64,000 nucleotides of DNA from the NCBI GenBank assembly GCA_022801925.1, contig JAAWTG010000012.1, positions 1,397-65,396 on the forward strand, written 5' to 3'. Origin of the DNA: Clostridia bacterium. Its GTDB lineage: Bacteria; Bacillota; Clostridia; RUG12999. The position numbers were made by a program, and so were the translations under genes. The notes below the pieces were generated by a model. That model worked only from the letters and a program-made list of their open reading frames with translations. It had not been told where the DNA came from and did no database searches. Below, piece after piece: positions 9,540 through 19,676 of this stretch (positions are counted from its first letter, which is position 1; every line of letters begins with the position of its first letter).

Positions 9540-10565
9540 ATGATAGATATAAAAAGTTTGCGCTACGAGGCGTTGGAACAATTTTTGAAAGATTTGGGAG
9601 AACCCTCCTACCGCGCCAAACAGGTTTTTTCTTGGCTTGGCAGCGGCGTATCCTCCTATGATGAAATGACAAATATTCCGAAATCTCTGCGCGAAAAATT
9701 GAAAGAGACAGCACTGCTTTCCGCAGTGGAACGCGCCGCGCGTTATGACTCCAAAGACGGAACGGTAAAATATATTTGGGAATTGCAGGACGGACAGTGC
9801 GTTGAAAGCGTTGTGATGCAGTATCATCATGGGCGCAGTATTTGTATTTCAACACAAGTAGGCTGCCGAATGGGATGTAAATTTTGTGCTTCCACATTGG
9901 GTGGGAAAATACGAAATCTCACAGCGGGAGAATTGTTGGATCAAGTTTTATTCGCTGAAAAAGATTTGGGCGGGCGAATCTCTAATGTTGTGTTGATGGG
10001 AATTGGGGAGCCGTTTGATAATTATGAACAGGTACTCTCTTTTTTGAAAAACATTTCGCATCCAGCCGGACGCAATCTCGGTTTGCGGCATATTTCCGTT
10101 TCTACTTGTGGAATCGTAGACAAAATAGCAGCGCTGGCAGAAGAAAATCTTCCGATTACACTGCTTATATCGCTGCACGCGCCGAATGATGAATTACGAA
10201 ATGAACTCATGCCGGTCAATCATAAGTATCCTATGGAGACGCTATTACAGGCGTGCCGCGCCTATATCAGCAAAACAGGGCGCAGAATCAGTTTTGAATA
10301 TACCATGATTCGCGGCGTAAATGATTTTGATTGGTGTGCGAAGATGTTAGCGCAAAAACTGCACGGAATGCTCTGTCATGTCAATTTAATTCCAGTAAAT
10401 CACGTGGAAGAAAACGGGCTGCATCGCAGCGAACCAGCGACTGTGGAGCGGTTTCAGAAATATTTACAACAACACCATATTAATACGACTGTCCGCCGTG
10501 AACTTGGAAGCGATATCAGCGCATCCTGTGGACAGTTGCGCAGAAAGTTCTTAAAAGAAAGGTGA
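9540..10565 (+). CDS. rlmN: 23S rRNA / tRNA m2A methyltransferase RlmN (radical SAM).
   Basis: MIDIKSLRYEALEQF... with a CxxxCxxC radical-SAM motif (GCRMGCKFCAS). The ATG at 9540 is preceded by AAGGGG. The ORF-track start at 9423 overlaps the tail of rsmB. Confidence 0.9.
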   Translation: MIDIKSLRYEALEQFLKDLGEPSYRAKQVFSWLGSGVSSYDEMTNIPKSLREKLKETALLSAVERAARYDSKDGTVKYIWELQDGQCVESVVMQYHHGRSICISTQVGCRMGCKFCASTLGGKIRNLTAGELLDQVLFAEKDLGGRISNVVLMGIGEPFDNYEQVLSFLKNISHPAGRNLGLRHISVSTCGIVDKIAALAEENLPITLLISLHAPNDELRNELMPVNHKYPMETLLQACRAYISKTGRRISFEYTMIRGVNDFDWCAKMLAQKLHGMLCHVNLIPVNHVEENGLHRSEPATVERFQKYLQQHHINTTVRRELGSDISASCGQLRRKFLKER

Positions 10566-10573
10566 TGAAACAG

Positions 10574-11281
10574 ATGCTAAAGGCACAAGGCTATTCGCTG
10601 CAAGGCGAGCGACATGGAACAAACCAAGACAGTTATGCGGTTGCGCTGGAAGATAGCGGCGGTTTAGTGATAGTAGCAGATGGTATGGGCGGGCACCGTG
10701 CCGGTGATACTGCTAGTAAAATGGCAATTGAAATGATTCTGGATGGCTGCAAAGGAGATGGACCGGACGCAATCCGCCGCGCAATTGATACCGCAAACCA
10801 TGAAATATGGCGCAAAGGAATGTCTGAAGATGCATATGCCGGTATGGGCACTACCATTGTCCTGTGCATGATACAGAATAATAAAGGATATATTGCCCAT
10901 GTCGGAGACAGCCGTGCTTATTTGCTGCATAACGGCGAACTGACACGTTTGACAAAAGACCATTCATTGGTAGAAGAATTGATTCGTCATGGAGAAATCA
11001 CCGCAGAACAAGCACAGTCTCATCCTATGAAAAATATTATTACCATGGCATTGGGTGTGGAAGACCGTATCAAACCTGATTTTACAGAAATTTCACTACA
11101 GGCGGGCGACAGTCTGCTACTTTGTTCTGATGGTTTTTCTAACGTGGTGCCGGAAACGGTTATCAAAGAAACATTGTCGGCAAAAGCACCGGAGGAGAGC
11201 GTACAATTTTTGTGTGAAGAAGCGAAGCGTTGTGGGAGTACGGATGATATAACAGTCATAGTTTTGCAAAAATCCGAATGA
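10574..11281 (+). CDS. stp: PP2C-family Ser/Thr phosphatase (Stp/PrpC).
   Basis: MLKAQGYSLQGERHGTNQDSY...DGMGGH...DG are PP2C motifs. An AAAGGTG lies 11 nt upstream of the ATG at 10574. It sits directly upstream of prkC. Confidence 0.85.
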   Translation: MLKAQGYSLQGERHGTNQDSYAVALEDSGGLVIVADGMGGHRAGDTASKMAIEMILDGCKGDGPDAIRRAIDTANHEIWRKGMSEDAYAGMGTTIVLCMIQNNKGYIAHVGDSRAYLLHNGELTRLTKDHSLVEELIRHGEITAEQAQSHPMKNIITMALGVEDRIKPDFTEISLQAGDSLLLCSDGFSNVVPETVIKETLSAKAPEESVQFLCEEAKRCGSTDDITVIVLQKSE

Positions 11282-11297
11282 GAGGGAAGGGTGAATC

Positions 11298-13196
11298 ATG
11301 GAAATGATTGGTAAAATTCTGGCGAACCGATATGAGATTCTGGAAAAACGTGGCAGCGGCGGAATGGCGGACGTATTTAAAGCCCGCGACCGGCTGCTGA
11401 ACCGTTATGTAGCAGTGAAAGTATTGAAAGATGAACTTCGTGACGATAAAGAGTTTGTGGAACGGTTTAAAATAGAGGCGCAATCAGCCGCAGGACTTTC
11501 CCATCCCAACATTGTATCTGTCCATGATGTGGGTGTGGAAGATGGGATTCACTATTTCATTATGGAATATGTGGACGGCATGTCGCTAAAAGATTATATT
11601 AAACATGTTGGCGCATTGGATTGGCGTGAAGCAACAGAGTTTGCCATTGCCATTTGCGGTGCAATTGACCATGCACATAAAAAGAATATTATACATCGGG
11701 ATATTAAATCCCATAACATTCTGCTCACGCGGGAAGGTGTAGTGAAAGTAGCAGATTTTGGCATTGCGCGTGCTGTCACATCTTCTACAGTAGTTAATGG
11801 CGGCAAAAATGTCGTGGGTTCTGTGCATTATTTTTCACCGGAGCAGGCGCTGGGAAAAGCGATTGATTTTAAATCTGATATATATTCTATCGGCGTAGTA
11901 TTATATGAAATGCTGACAGGTCATTTGCCTTTTATAGGAGACAATGCATTTCAAGTGGCGCGCATGCAGATTGAAACGCCGCCGCAGCCGCCTATTGCGC
12001 AAAACAATACAATTCCGCAAGCGGTCAATGATATTACGCTGAAAGCACTGCAAAAACAACCGCAAAAACGTTATCAGAATGCGGCGGAAATGCAAACAGA
12101 CCTTAAAGCAGTTCTGCATAACCCAGCTTTTGCACTGGCGAAAGATTTGGACGCAACGCAGTTTATGAGCAGCACGCAGACGGCAACAATGCTGTCAGAG
12201 AACCCTGAAGATACCATGATAAACGGGAATCCTTTTGCTAATATGATATCGCAGGAAAATACAGCCGGTCAGCCTTATTATCAGACGTCCGGATATGCGA
12301 ATCCAATCCCGCCGCAGCAAGCTGAAGACGGTACCGGAAAGAAAAAGAAGTCAAAAAAGCCGCTTTGGATTACTTTGCTCGTGATTGTTGCACTGGGCGC
12401 AGGAATCGGGTCTTACTTTGTATTTGGCGGAGATGGAAAAACTGTGAGCGTGCCCAGTCTGTTAGGTATGACATTTGACGAAGCAGCCAAAAAATATGAA
12501 AATGAAGACATTATTCTCATCAAAGAAGGCGAAGATTTCAGCGATGAATATGACGAAGGAAAAATCATGGAACAGACCCCCAAGGAACGGGAACGCGTTA
12601 ATAAACCGGTTGAAATCAGAGTGAAAATCAGTTTGGGAAAACAAGAATTGGTACTGGAAGAATATAAAAACCGCGACTACCATGAAGTCGAAGAAGAATT
12701 GATTCAAAAAGGGTTGAGTGTGAAGAAAGTCTTTGAAAAAAACGATGAATATCCCAAAGACACGATTTTTGACCAGTCACCAGCAAGCGGCAGCCAAATG
12801 CAAAAAGGCGAACGGATTACATTATATATTAGCAATGGTCCCAGTATCGCAAAGGTGAAAGTACCTAATTTGGTCGGACGTTCGGAAGAAGAGGCTAAAG
12901 CACTGTTAAAAGCCAAAAATTTGTTTACCGGAAATATTCGCAGTGAGGAAAGCGACAAACCAAAAGGAACGGTTTTATCACAAGCAATTGAAGCCGACAC
13001 GGAAGTAAATGAAAATACAGAGATTTCGTTTACCATCAGCACAGGACAAAAAGCAACGCCGACCCCAACGGAGCCGCCGGCAAAAACACCAGAGGAAACA
13101 GAAAAGCCAACGCCGACGCATGTGCCGGAACAAACACCTGCAAATCCAAACGGGGCTGTGGGTGCAAGCGGGGCTGTTGCAGGGACAAACAACTGA
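11298..13196 (+). CDS. prkC: Ser/Thr protein kinase PrkC with extracellular PASTA repeats.
   Basis: It has a Hanks kinase domain (HRDIKSHNIL, DFGIA), then a TM segment, three PASTA-like repeats and a Pro/Thr-rich C-terminal tail. Confidence 0.9.
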   Translation: MEMIGKILANRYEILEKRGSGGMADVFKARDRLLNRYVAVKVLKDELRDDKEFVERFKIEAQSAAGLSHPNIVSVHDVGVEDGIHYFIMEYVDGMSLKDYIKHVGALDWREATEFAIAICGAIDHAHKKNIIHRDIKSHNILLTREGVVKVADFGIARAVTSSTVVNGGKNVVGSVHYFSPEQALGKAIDFKSDIYSIGVVLYEMLTGHLPFIGDNAFQVARMQIETPPQPPIAQNNTIPQAVNDITLKALQKQPQKRYQNAAEMQTDLKAVLHNPAFALAKDLDATQFMSSTQTATMLSENPEDTMINGNPFANMISQENTAGQPYYQTSGYANPIPPQQAEDGTGKKKKSKKPLWITLLVIVALGAGIGSYFVFGGDGKTVSVPSLLGMTFDEAAKKYENEDIILIKEGEDFSDEYDEGKIMEQTPKERERVNKPVEIRVKISLGKQELVLEEYKNRDYHEVEEELIQKGLSVKKVFEKNDEYPKDTIFDQSPASGSQMQKGERITLYISNGPSIAKVKVPNLVGRSEEEAKALLKAKNLFTGNIRSEESDKPKGTVLSQAIEADTEVNENTEISFTISTGQKATPTPTEPPAKTPEETEKPTPTHVPEQTPANPNGAVGASGAVAGTNN

Positions 13197-13218
13197 GTTT
13201 TCGGATAAAGGTGAAACT

Positions 13219-14103
13219 ATGATATTAACAGGAACGATTGTAAAAGCTGTTTCCGGATTCTATTATGTAGAGACAAACGGCAGTGTTTATGAATGCAGGG
13301 CACGCGGCGTTTTTCGCAACAATAAACTAACGCCGCTTGTAGGCGATCACTGTGAAATGGAAGTGTTGGATAATTCGGAACAAAAAGGGAATGTAGTAAA
13401 ACTTCTGGAACGAAAAAACGCGTTTGTGCGTCCGCCCGTTGCAAATATTGACCAAATGGGAATTGTATTTGCCGCGGCGGCGCCTGACCCCATTCCATTT
13501 TTGATTGATAAATTAACGGTGGTAGCAGAACATCACCAGATTAAGCCGTTTTTAGTCATGAATAAAACGGATCTATCATCGGAAATTGCAGAACAATTGC
13601 CGCAGACTTATCAATTGGCAGGGTACCAGGTGTTTTGTGTTTCGGCTGTAGAAGGAAAAGGTATGGAAGCATTAAAAGAACAACTGCAAAATCAGGTAAC
13701 GGTGTTTGCCGGTTGTTCCGGTGTTGGGAAATCCAGTCTGCTGAATCTGCTGCATGATGACATTTGTTTGGAAACCGGCGGCGTTAGCCGTAAGATACAA
13801 CGTGGACGGCATACAACCCGAACAGTGGAGCTTTTTTCACTTGGGTCGAATACTTTTGTTGCAGATTCTCCTGGATTTAGCAACTTGGATATTCAGGATA
13901 TCCGTGTAACGGAATTAGAAGCATGTTTTCCTGAACTGCGCGAATATATAGGAAATTGCCGCTTTCGGGGCTGCAGCCATGTCAGTGAACCGGACTGCGC
14001 GGTACGCGCGGCGCTGGAACAAGGGCAAATTGCAAGGTCGCGTTATGAAAGTTATGTGCAGATGTATCAAACTTTAAAAGAGATTAAGGAGTGGCAAAGA
14101 TGA
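13219..14103 (+). CDS. rsgA: Ribosome small-subunit-dependent GTPase A (RsgA/CpgA).
   Basis: MILTGTIVKAVSGFYYVE... is an OB fold. It carries a circularly permuted GTPase (NKTDL...GCSGVGKSSL) and a C-terminal zinc knuckle (CRFRGCSHVSEPDC). Confidence 0.85.
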   Translation: MILTGTIVKAVSGFYYVETNGSVYECRARGVFRNNKLTPLVGDHCEMEVLDNSEQKGNVVKLLERKNAFVRPPVANIDQMGIVFAAAAPDPIPFLIDKLTVVAEHHQIKPFLVMNKTDLSSEIAEQLPQTYQLAGYQVFCVSAVEGKGMEALKEQLQNQVTVFAGCSGVGKSSLLNLLHDDICLETGGVSRKIQRGRHTTRTVELFSLGSNTFVADSPGFSNLDIQDIRVTELEACFPELREYIGNCRFRGCSHVSEPDCAVRAALEQGQIARSRYESYVQMYQTLKEIKEWQR

Positions 14104-14747
14104 TTCAAATAGCGCCGTCTCTATTGGCGGCAGATATATTACATATGGCAGATGAGGTGCGGAAGGTAGAAACGGCAGGATCAGATTTACTGCACGTGGA
14201 TATCATGGACGGACATTTTGTGCCAAACTTGTCTTTCGGACCTCATTTAGTAGCTGCTTTGAAAAAAATAACCACCTTGCCGCTGGATGTTCACCTCATG
14301 TTGACAAATCCGCTGCAATATATCGATTCTTTTGCGCAGAGCGGGGCAGATATCATTACCGTTCATGCGGAATGTCAAGATGATGTAGAAACATGTTTTG
14401 ATAAGATTAGGGCGCATGGCCTACGCTGCGGAATTGTTTTGAGTCCGGATACGCAGCCGGAGGCATATTTCCCATTGATTGATAAAGCTGATATGACGCT
14501 TGTGATGTCTGTTTATCCAGGTTTTGGCGGACAATCGTTTATTCCGGAAAGCTTAGAAAAAATCAAAACCATTCGTAGTCATACCGGTGCAGATTACCAG
14601 ATAGAAATTGACGGCGGTGTTTCAACTCAAAATATTGAGCGTATTATAGCGGCGGGGGCAAATGTCATTGTGGCAGGATCCGGTATTTTTCAATCGGTAG
14701 ATCCACGGAAAACCATAGAACAAATGAAGCAGGGAAGAACAGGGTGA
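14100..14747 (+). CDS. rpe: Ribulose-phosphate 3-epimerase.
   Basis: MIQIAPSLLAADILHM...HVDIMDGHFVPN is the Rpe signature. An ATGA overlap joins it to the rsgA stop. The ORF-track GTG start at 14091 lies inside the RBS. Confidence 0.9.
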   Translation: MIQIAPSLLAADILHMADEVRKVETAGSDLLHVDIMDGHFVPNLSFGPHLVAALKKITTLPLDVHLMLTNPLQYIDSFAQSGADIITVHAECQDDVETCFDKIRAHGLRCGIVLSPDTQPEAYFPLIDKADMTLVMSVYPGFGGQSFIPESLEKIKTIRSHTGADYQIEIDGGVSTQNIERIIAAGANVIVAGSGIFQSVDPRKTIEQMKQGRTG

Positions 14748-14751
14748 TACG

Positions 14752-15399
14752 GTGAGGGCGATTATTATTGCAAGCGGCGATATTGGGAATGAACGCTGGC
14801 TAAAAGAGTATATTCAGCCAGATGATGTTGTTATCTGTGCAGACGGAGGCTATAATCATCTCGCACGAATTGGATGTATGCCGGAGATTATCATTGGAGA
14901 TATGGATTCTATTCGTGAGGAATATCGCGCGGATTGCCGGCATTTGATACATCCGCGTAAAAAAGATGAAACGGATGCACAACTGGCGCTGGATTATGCG
15001 ATAGAAAACGGATTTCATGATGTGAAATTTTTGGGCGCATTGGGCGGTAAGCGCATAGAACATGCACTGGCGAATGTGTTGATGCTGCAATACGCATCAG
15101 TGCACGGTGTAAAACTAACAATAGAAACGCCCGTTTCTTCCATAACCATCCATCAAGGACCAACGATAGCCATGTTACAAGGACATACAGGAGATTATTT
15201 GTCACTTGTACCTATTGGCGGAGATGTTACCGGCATCACAACGCATCATTTGGAATACCCTCTGCATGACGGGACATTATATTTTGGCGTACCCATGGGA
15301 ATCAGTAATGTCCTGCTGGCGGATACTTGTTCGGTAGAATTACAGGAAGGAATATTACTTGCCATATTAACCAAAGCGGATGAGGTGGATGAAGATTGA
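14752..15399 (+). CDS. thiN: Thiamine diphosphokinase.
   Basis: MRAIIIASGDIG...VICADGGYNHL... is typical of TPK (YloS). It has a GTG start and sits next to rpe, as in B. subtilis. Confidence 0.8.
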   Translation: MRAIIIASGDIGNERWLKEYIQPDDVVICADGGYNHLARIGCMPEIIIGDMDSIREEYRADCRHLIHPRKKDETDAQLALDYAIENGFHDVKFLGALGGKRIEHALANVLMLQYASVHGVKLTIETPVSSITIHQGPTIAMLQGHTGDYLSLVPIGGDVTGITTHHLEYPLHDGTLYFGVPMGISNVLLADTCSVELQEGILLAILTKADEVDED

Positions 15400-16568
15400 A
15401 ACAGAAAGAAAAGAAAAAACATCATATCATGCCATGGGTCATTTTGATTATTGTCATTTTTGGCGCAACCTTTCTTATTACATATGCGAAACAAACAGGA
15501 ACCCTAGACCAAATAATGGTCATGGTACAACAGTATATTGGTACGCAGCAGCCTTCTGAAACAGAAGGTTTACCACAGGAAAGCCAAAATAAGGTCAAAA
15601 CGTTGGAAAATTCCGGCAACTATGGGTTTGCTGCATGGAAAGAACGTATTATTATGACCGGCAGCAGCAGTGTATCTCTGTTGGATCATAAGTTAAATGA
15701 AGTTTGGTATCAAAGTATTTCTGGAAAAAATCCATCGTTAGATACATCTACTTATGGAATGGTTGTTTATGATAAAGACGGAACCAACTTTTCCGTTATT
15801 ACAGAAGATGGAAAGCAAAACAGTGTAGCCACAGAGGCGATGATTGCCGCATCCATTAATGAAAAAGGATATGTGACAACCATTACAAAACAGCCTGGTT
15901 ATAAAGGCGGCGTCTGCGTTTACGATAATACCGGACAGGCACTATTTAAATGGAACTCCGGAAATTGGAATATTTTAGATGCCAAACTCTCGAATGATGG
16001 GAAAACGCTGGCAGTTTCCCTGCTTGACACTTCGGCAGGGCGCGCGAGCGGGAATGTGATGCTGTTTGATATTGCCGTTTCGGAAAAACCATTTGCCGGT
16101 ACGACCTATCCGGACAATATGGTGGCGGCGCTGAAATGGATGAATGGTCAAACATTATATTGTGTGGGGGATACTTCTGCTTTTGCGCTTTCCGCCAAAG
16201 GCGATAAGCTGTGGGAATATACCTATACAGGTACATTGACACAATTTGCAGTGGGGGATAACGGTATTTTGGCGTTAAATCTACAGGCATATTCTGCGGA
16301 ACCAGGAAAGCATGGTTTAATACAGATTATTAGTGCCAGCGGAAAGAAAACAGGTGAATGCACTATTTCTGATGAAGTGAAAAAAATCGAAGTTTTTAAA
16401 AATGACATATACGCCATGACATTGCGTGACATACATATTATCAATCAGTCAGGAAAAGAAAAATCAAATACATCGCTGGACAAAGATATGCGCAGCGCGT
16501 ATATTTTAAAGCAAGATGAGGCATTGATATTTTATGGAACAAAACTGGAGGTTGTCCCGCTGAACTAA
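15396..16568 (+). CDS. Hypothetical membrane-anchored protein. An N-terminal TM helix is followed by a repeat-rich, beta-propeller-like extracytoplasmic domain.
   Basis: A TTG start has GAGGTGG 5 nt upstream and overlaps the thiN stop. The N-terminus is KKKHH then IMPWVILIIVIFGATFLI (TM), followed by repeated G-rich, W/Y-containing segments. No family was recognised. Confidence 0.55.
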   Translation: MKQKEKKKHHIMPWVILIIVIFGATFLITYAKQTGTLDQIMVMVQQYIGTQQPSETEGLPQESQNKVKTLENSGNYGFAAWKERIIMTGSSSVSLLDHKLNEVWYQSISGKNPSLDTSTYGMVVYDKDGTNFSVITEDGKQNSVATEAMIAASINEKGYVTTITKQPGYKGGVCVYDNTGQALFKWNSGNWNILDAKLSNDGKTLAVSLLDTSAGRASGNVMLFDIAVSEKPFAGTTYPDNMVAALKWMNGQTLYCVGDTSAFALSAKGDKLWEYTYTGTLTQFAVGDNGILALNLQAYSAEPGKHGLIQIISASGKKTGECTISDEVKKIEVFKNDIYAMTLRDIHIINQSGKEKSNTSLDKDMRSAYILKQDEALIFYGTKLEVVPLN

Positions 16569-16630
16569 CGAAAAACTGGCATGATAGGAGTACTCATTTC
16601 CGTGGATGTGAAAGAAAGGGGAGAACTTTC

Positions 16631-17263
16631 ATGATTTTAGATGCCATATTTATTGCGGTACTGGTATGTGCCGTATGGATTGGTGTGAAACGTGGATTTA
16701 TTCGTTCCATTATCGGATTTATCACACTGCTGTTGTCCATTGTTTTGGCAATGTTTTTCTACCAACGTTTTTTGGATTTTGTACAAACTGTCCCGTTCCT
16801 GCGTCAGTTGCAGGAACAAATTTCTTTGACGATTGCACAGACGGCAGCGCCTATGCTGGCGGATAATCTTGACACGCTGCCTCCATTTATTATGCGTTTC
16901 ATTCCACAGGAAATGGTTATGAGCGGCGTACAAAATGTCTGTGATTGGATTGCACAGTCTTTGACGCAAGTATTGCTGTTTTTGATATTTACTATTTTAT
17001 TACATATTGTTATCCGGCTATGTGCAATGCTTCTTTTAGCACTAACGCATCTGCCGGTCATTCGCCAGTGTAACAGACTGCTTGGCGGTGGCTTTGGAGC
17101 AGTTACCGGAATTTTATTATGTTATTTATTAGCGGCGGTAATATTTATTATTAGTATGAATCCTGCCTATTCTTGGCTTTCGGATGAACTTTCCCGCTCT
17201 ATTATTTGCAGCTATTTTTATACAAACAACCTCATTGTCAATTTGGTGTTGGGGTTTCGATAA
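16631..17263 (+). CDS. CvpA-family membrane protein (colicin V production protein-like).
   Basis: MILDAIFIAVLVCAVWIGVKRGFIRSIIGFITLL... is the typical CvpA N-terminus. It has multiple TM segments, and an AAAGGGGAG RBS. Confidence 0.65.
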   Translation: MILDAIFIAVLVCAVWIGVKRGFIRSIIGFITLLLSIVLAMFFYQRFLDFVQTVPFLRQLQEQISLTIAQTAAPMLADNLDTLPPFIMRFIPQEMVMSGVQNVCDWIAQSLTQVLLFLIFTILLHIVIRLCAMLLLALTHLPVIRQCNRLLGGGFGAVTGILLCYLLAAVIFIISMNPAYSWLSDELSRSIICSYFYTNNLIVNLVLGFR

Positions 17264-17280
17264 AGAAAGGATGAAAAATT

Positions 17281-18345
17281 ATGGCTGGTATTTTTGGATT
17301 TTTTGATTACACAAAGCCTGGAAAAGGCGTTGAGAAAGGGGAACCGGAAAAGAAAGGAATCGCGCGCTTCGGTCAGTTATATTTCCGCAAATTTTGGAAA
17401 TATCTACAGCTTAATGTGCTATATTTTATTACTTGTATTCCTGCACTCTTGCTCTATTGGTTCATGTTTGTTTCCTATTTTGCGCCGATGTTCGAGTCGC
17501 TTATTACAACGCAGCAGGTTACGGCAGAACAAGTATATATGTCCGTGAACATATTGGCGATTGCCAGTGCAATTATCATTGTTTTGCTGTTTGGCGGAAG
17601 CCCTTGCGCGGCAGGGTTTCACTATATTTTACGCAATTATGTGCGGGAAGAACATTCTTGGCTTTGGAGCGATTTTTGGCGTCGGACAGGAAAAAATTTA
17701 AAACAGGCTTTCGCTATGTTTGTGATTGATTTGGTAGTTGTCAATTTATTACTGTTTGGAATCCGTTTTTACCATCAAATGGCCGCAAGCGCCAGTCCCA
17801 TGCATTTGCTTTATGTCTTTTTGTTGGCGCTAATCGTATTTGTGTTCGTGATTTATGCAGTGATGCATCAATATATCTGGACTATGATAGTCACGTTTGA
17901 ATTGAAATTGAAGCAAATTGTTAAAAATGCATTTCTATTAACGGTTATGGCATTTCCGCGCAATATCTTATTCATTATTGTGTCCGCCCTTTTTGCAGTT
18001 GGCGTTTATTTGTTGTATTTCTATCTATCGCCGTTGATTGGTGCGATTGTAACCTTCTTCTTGCTGATGTCGATTTATGGTCTGACGATGCAAATGTTTT
18101 CTTATCCGGTTATCCGCAAGTTTATGCTGGATCCATTAGAAGAAACAGAAGAAGAATATCATGTGGATGATGTACCGGAAAGTCCTACCGAACAAAAACA
18201 AGAGGAAGAAGTGAAATGGAACCGCATTGAGGAGCCGGATGAAAGCGTACTCACTTCCAGAAATGACGTTGCAAGCCTGTTTAACAAACGGCTGGAGGAA
18301 GATGATGTTAAAACATCAGACGAAAAAGATGCGAAAGACGAATAA
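17281..18345 (+). CDS. YesL-family (DUF624) membrane protein with an acidic C-terminal tail.
   Basis: MAGIFGFFDYTKPGKGVEKGEPEKKGIARFGQLYFRKFWKYLQLNVLYFITCIP... matches the DUF624/YesL N-terminus. Several TM helices follow, then an E/D-rich tail. Confidence 0.6.
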   Translation: MAGIFGFFDYTKPGKGVEKGEPEKKGIARFGQLYFRKFWKYLQLNVLYFITCIPALLLYWFMFVSYFAPMFESLITTQQVTAEQVYMSVNILAIASAIIIVLLFGGSPCAAGFHYILRNYVREEHSWLWSDFWRRTGKNLKQAFAMFVIDLVVVNLLLFGIRFYHQMAASASPMHLLYVFLLALIVFVFVIYAVMHQYIWTMIVTFELKLKQIVKNAFLLTVMAFPRNILFIIVSALFAVGVYLLYFYLSPLIGAIVTFFLLMSIYGLTMQMFSYPVIRKFMLDPLEETEEEYHVDDVPESPTEQKQEEEVKWNRIEEPDESVLTSRNDVASLFNKRLEEDDVKTSDEKDAKDE

Positions 18346-18419
18346 TCCGCTGAAATTCACTTACAATAATATAGTATCAATAACATTCATGGCTTTATGA
18401 GGTAGGGAGGTAGGATACA

Positions 18420-19676
18420 ATGGAGACCTATTCACTTCCGGGTGGTGTACAACTGCACTATCTGAAGACAGAACAATTCAAACATTTTTCGCTTGGCATC
18501 TATCTGGCGCGCCCGCTTTGCAAAGAAGAAGCATCCTATAACGCATTGCTCACACAGGTGCTAAAATCAGGCTGTACGGCATTTTCCACAAAACAGAAAA
18601 TTGCAGCGCATTTGGAATGGCTCTATGGCGCTTCTATGAATGCAGGCGTACAAAAAAAAGGTGAAGCACAGATTTTGACATTCCATTTTTCAGGAATTAA
18701 TGATAACTATGCACAAGGCGAAGCTGTTTCATCAAAGCTGGCGGCATTTGCAAAAGAAATTTTGTTTGCGCCACTGGTGCAAAACGGTGCATTTGATAAA
18801 GCGATTTTTCAAATTGAAAAAGAAGATTTGAAAAACGAAATTATGGCGCTGCAAAATGATAAACGTGATTATGCCAATCAACGTTGTTTAGAACTGATGT
18901 GCGACCAAGAAGCCTATGGCATTCATGAATTTGGTACATTGGAAGGGCTGGAAGAAATTACGCCGCAGTCGCTCTATCAACACTATCAGAAAATGATTGG
19001 AAACAGTCCGATTCATGTTTTTGTGACAGGTAATCTAGATGTTGCGCCCATTAAACAGCTATTTGAAACCGTGTCTGCTGCGCAGACGCTTCCACAGACA
19101 AAGCAGGGATCTATGCCGCAGCAAGTGAGAACCATTACAGAACCCATGGATGTAGCACAAGGGAAGCTGGTGCTTGGTATGCGCAGCAGTCTGCCGGATT
19201 CTTTGGAACAGTTTTGTCAAATGCAGGTATTCAATTCCGTATATGGCAGCGGTACGCATTCTAAATTATTTAATCATGTCCGTGAAAAATTGAGTTTGGC
19301 ATATTATGCTTATTCCAGATTCGTGCGCCAAAAAAACATTATTCTAGTTGCCACTGGAATTGAATTTCAAAATTACGAGCAAGCAAAATCGGAAATTTTG
19401 CTGCAATTAGAGGAAATCAAACAAGGAAATGTCACAGAAAAAGAAATGGATGCGGCAAAAGAATTTTTGAAAAACCGTTATTTATCTTGCTATGATGAAC
19501 CGGTTATGCTGGAAGATTTCTATTTGAGCAGCATTTTGGCAGGAGATGAGCAGGTCTCTATCAGCGATATTATCCAAGGCGTAGAGCGTGTCACAAAAGA
19601 CCAAGTGGTTGCAGCAGCAAAAAGTGTGGCGCTGGATTTGATTTATTTTATTTGCGGAAAGGATGAGACGGAATGA
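18420..19676 (+). CDS. M16-family peptidase homologue lacking the HxxEH zinc motif, so a likely non-catalytic partner subunit.
   Basis: It has an insulinase-like fold (GxxN..GxSxxL patterns) at 418 aa. The N-terminal region shows no HxxEH. It is translationally coupled (ATGA) to the next gene. Confidence 0.7.
   Translation: METYSLPGGVQLHYLKTEQFKHFSLGIYLARPLCKEEASYNALLTQVLKSGCTAFSTKQKIAAHLEWLYGASMNAGVQKKGEAQILTFHFSGINDNYAQGEAVSSKLAAFAKEILFAPLVQNGAFDKAIFQIEKEDLKNEIMALQNDKRDYANQRCLELMCDQEAYGIHEFGTLEGLEEITPQSLYQHYQKMIGNSPIHVFVTGNLDVAPIKQLFETVSAAQTLPQTKQGSMPQQVRTITEPMDVAQGKLVLGMRSSLPDSLEQFCQMQVFNSVYGSGTHSKLFNHVREKLSLAYYAYSRFVRQKNIILVATGIEFQNYEQAKSEILLQLEEIKQGNVTEKEMDAAKEFLKNRYLSCYDEPVMLEDFYLSSILAGDEQVSISDIIQGVERVTKDQVVAAAKSVALDLIYFICGKDETE

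Noticed and set aside
12704-13192. A 162-aa - strand ORF antisense to the prkC 3' end.
   Set aside because: It mirrors the Pro/Thr/Ala-rich low-complexity tail of PrkC and has no start context. It is a typical shadow ORF.
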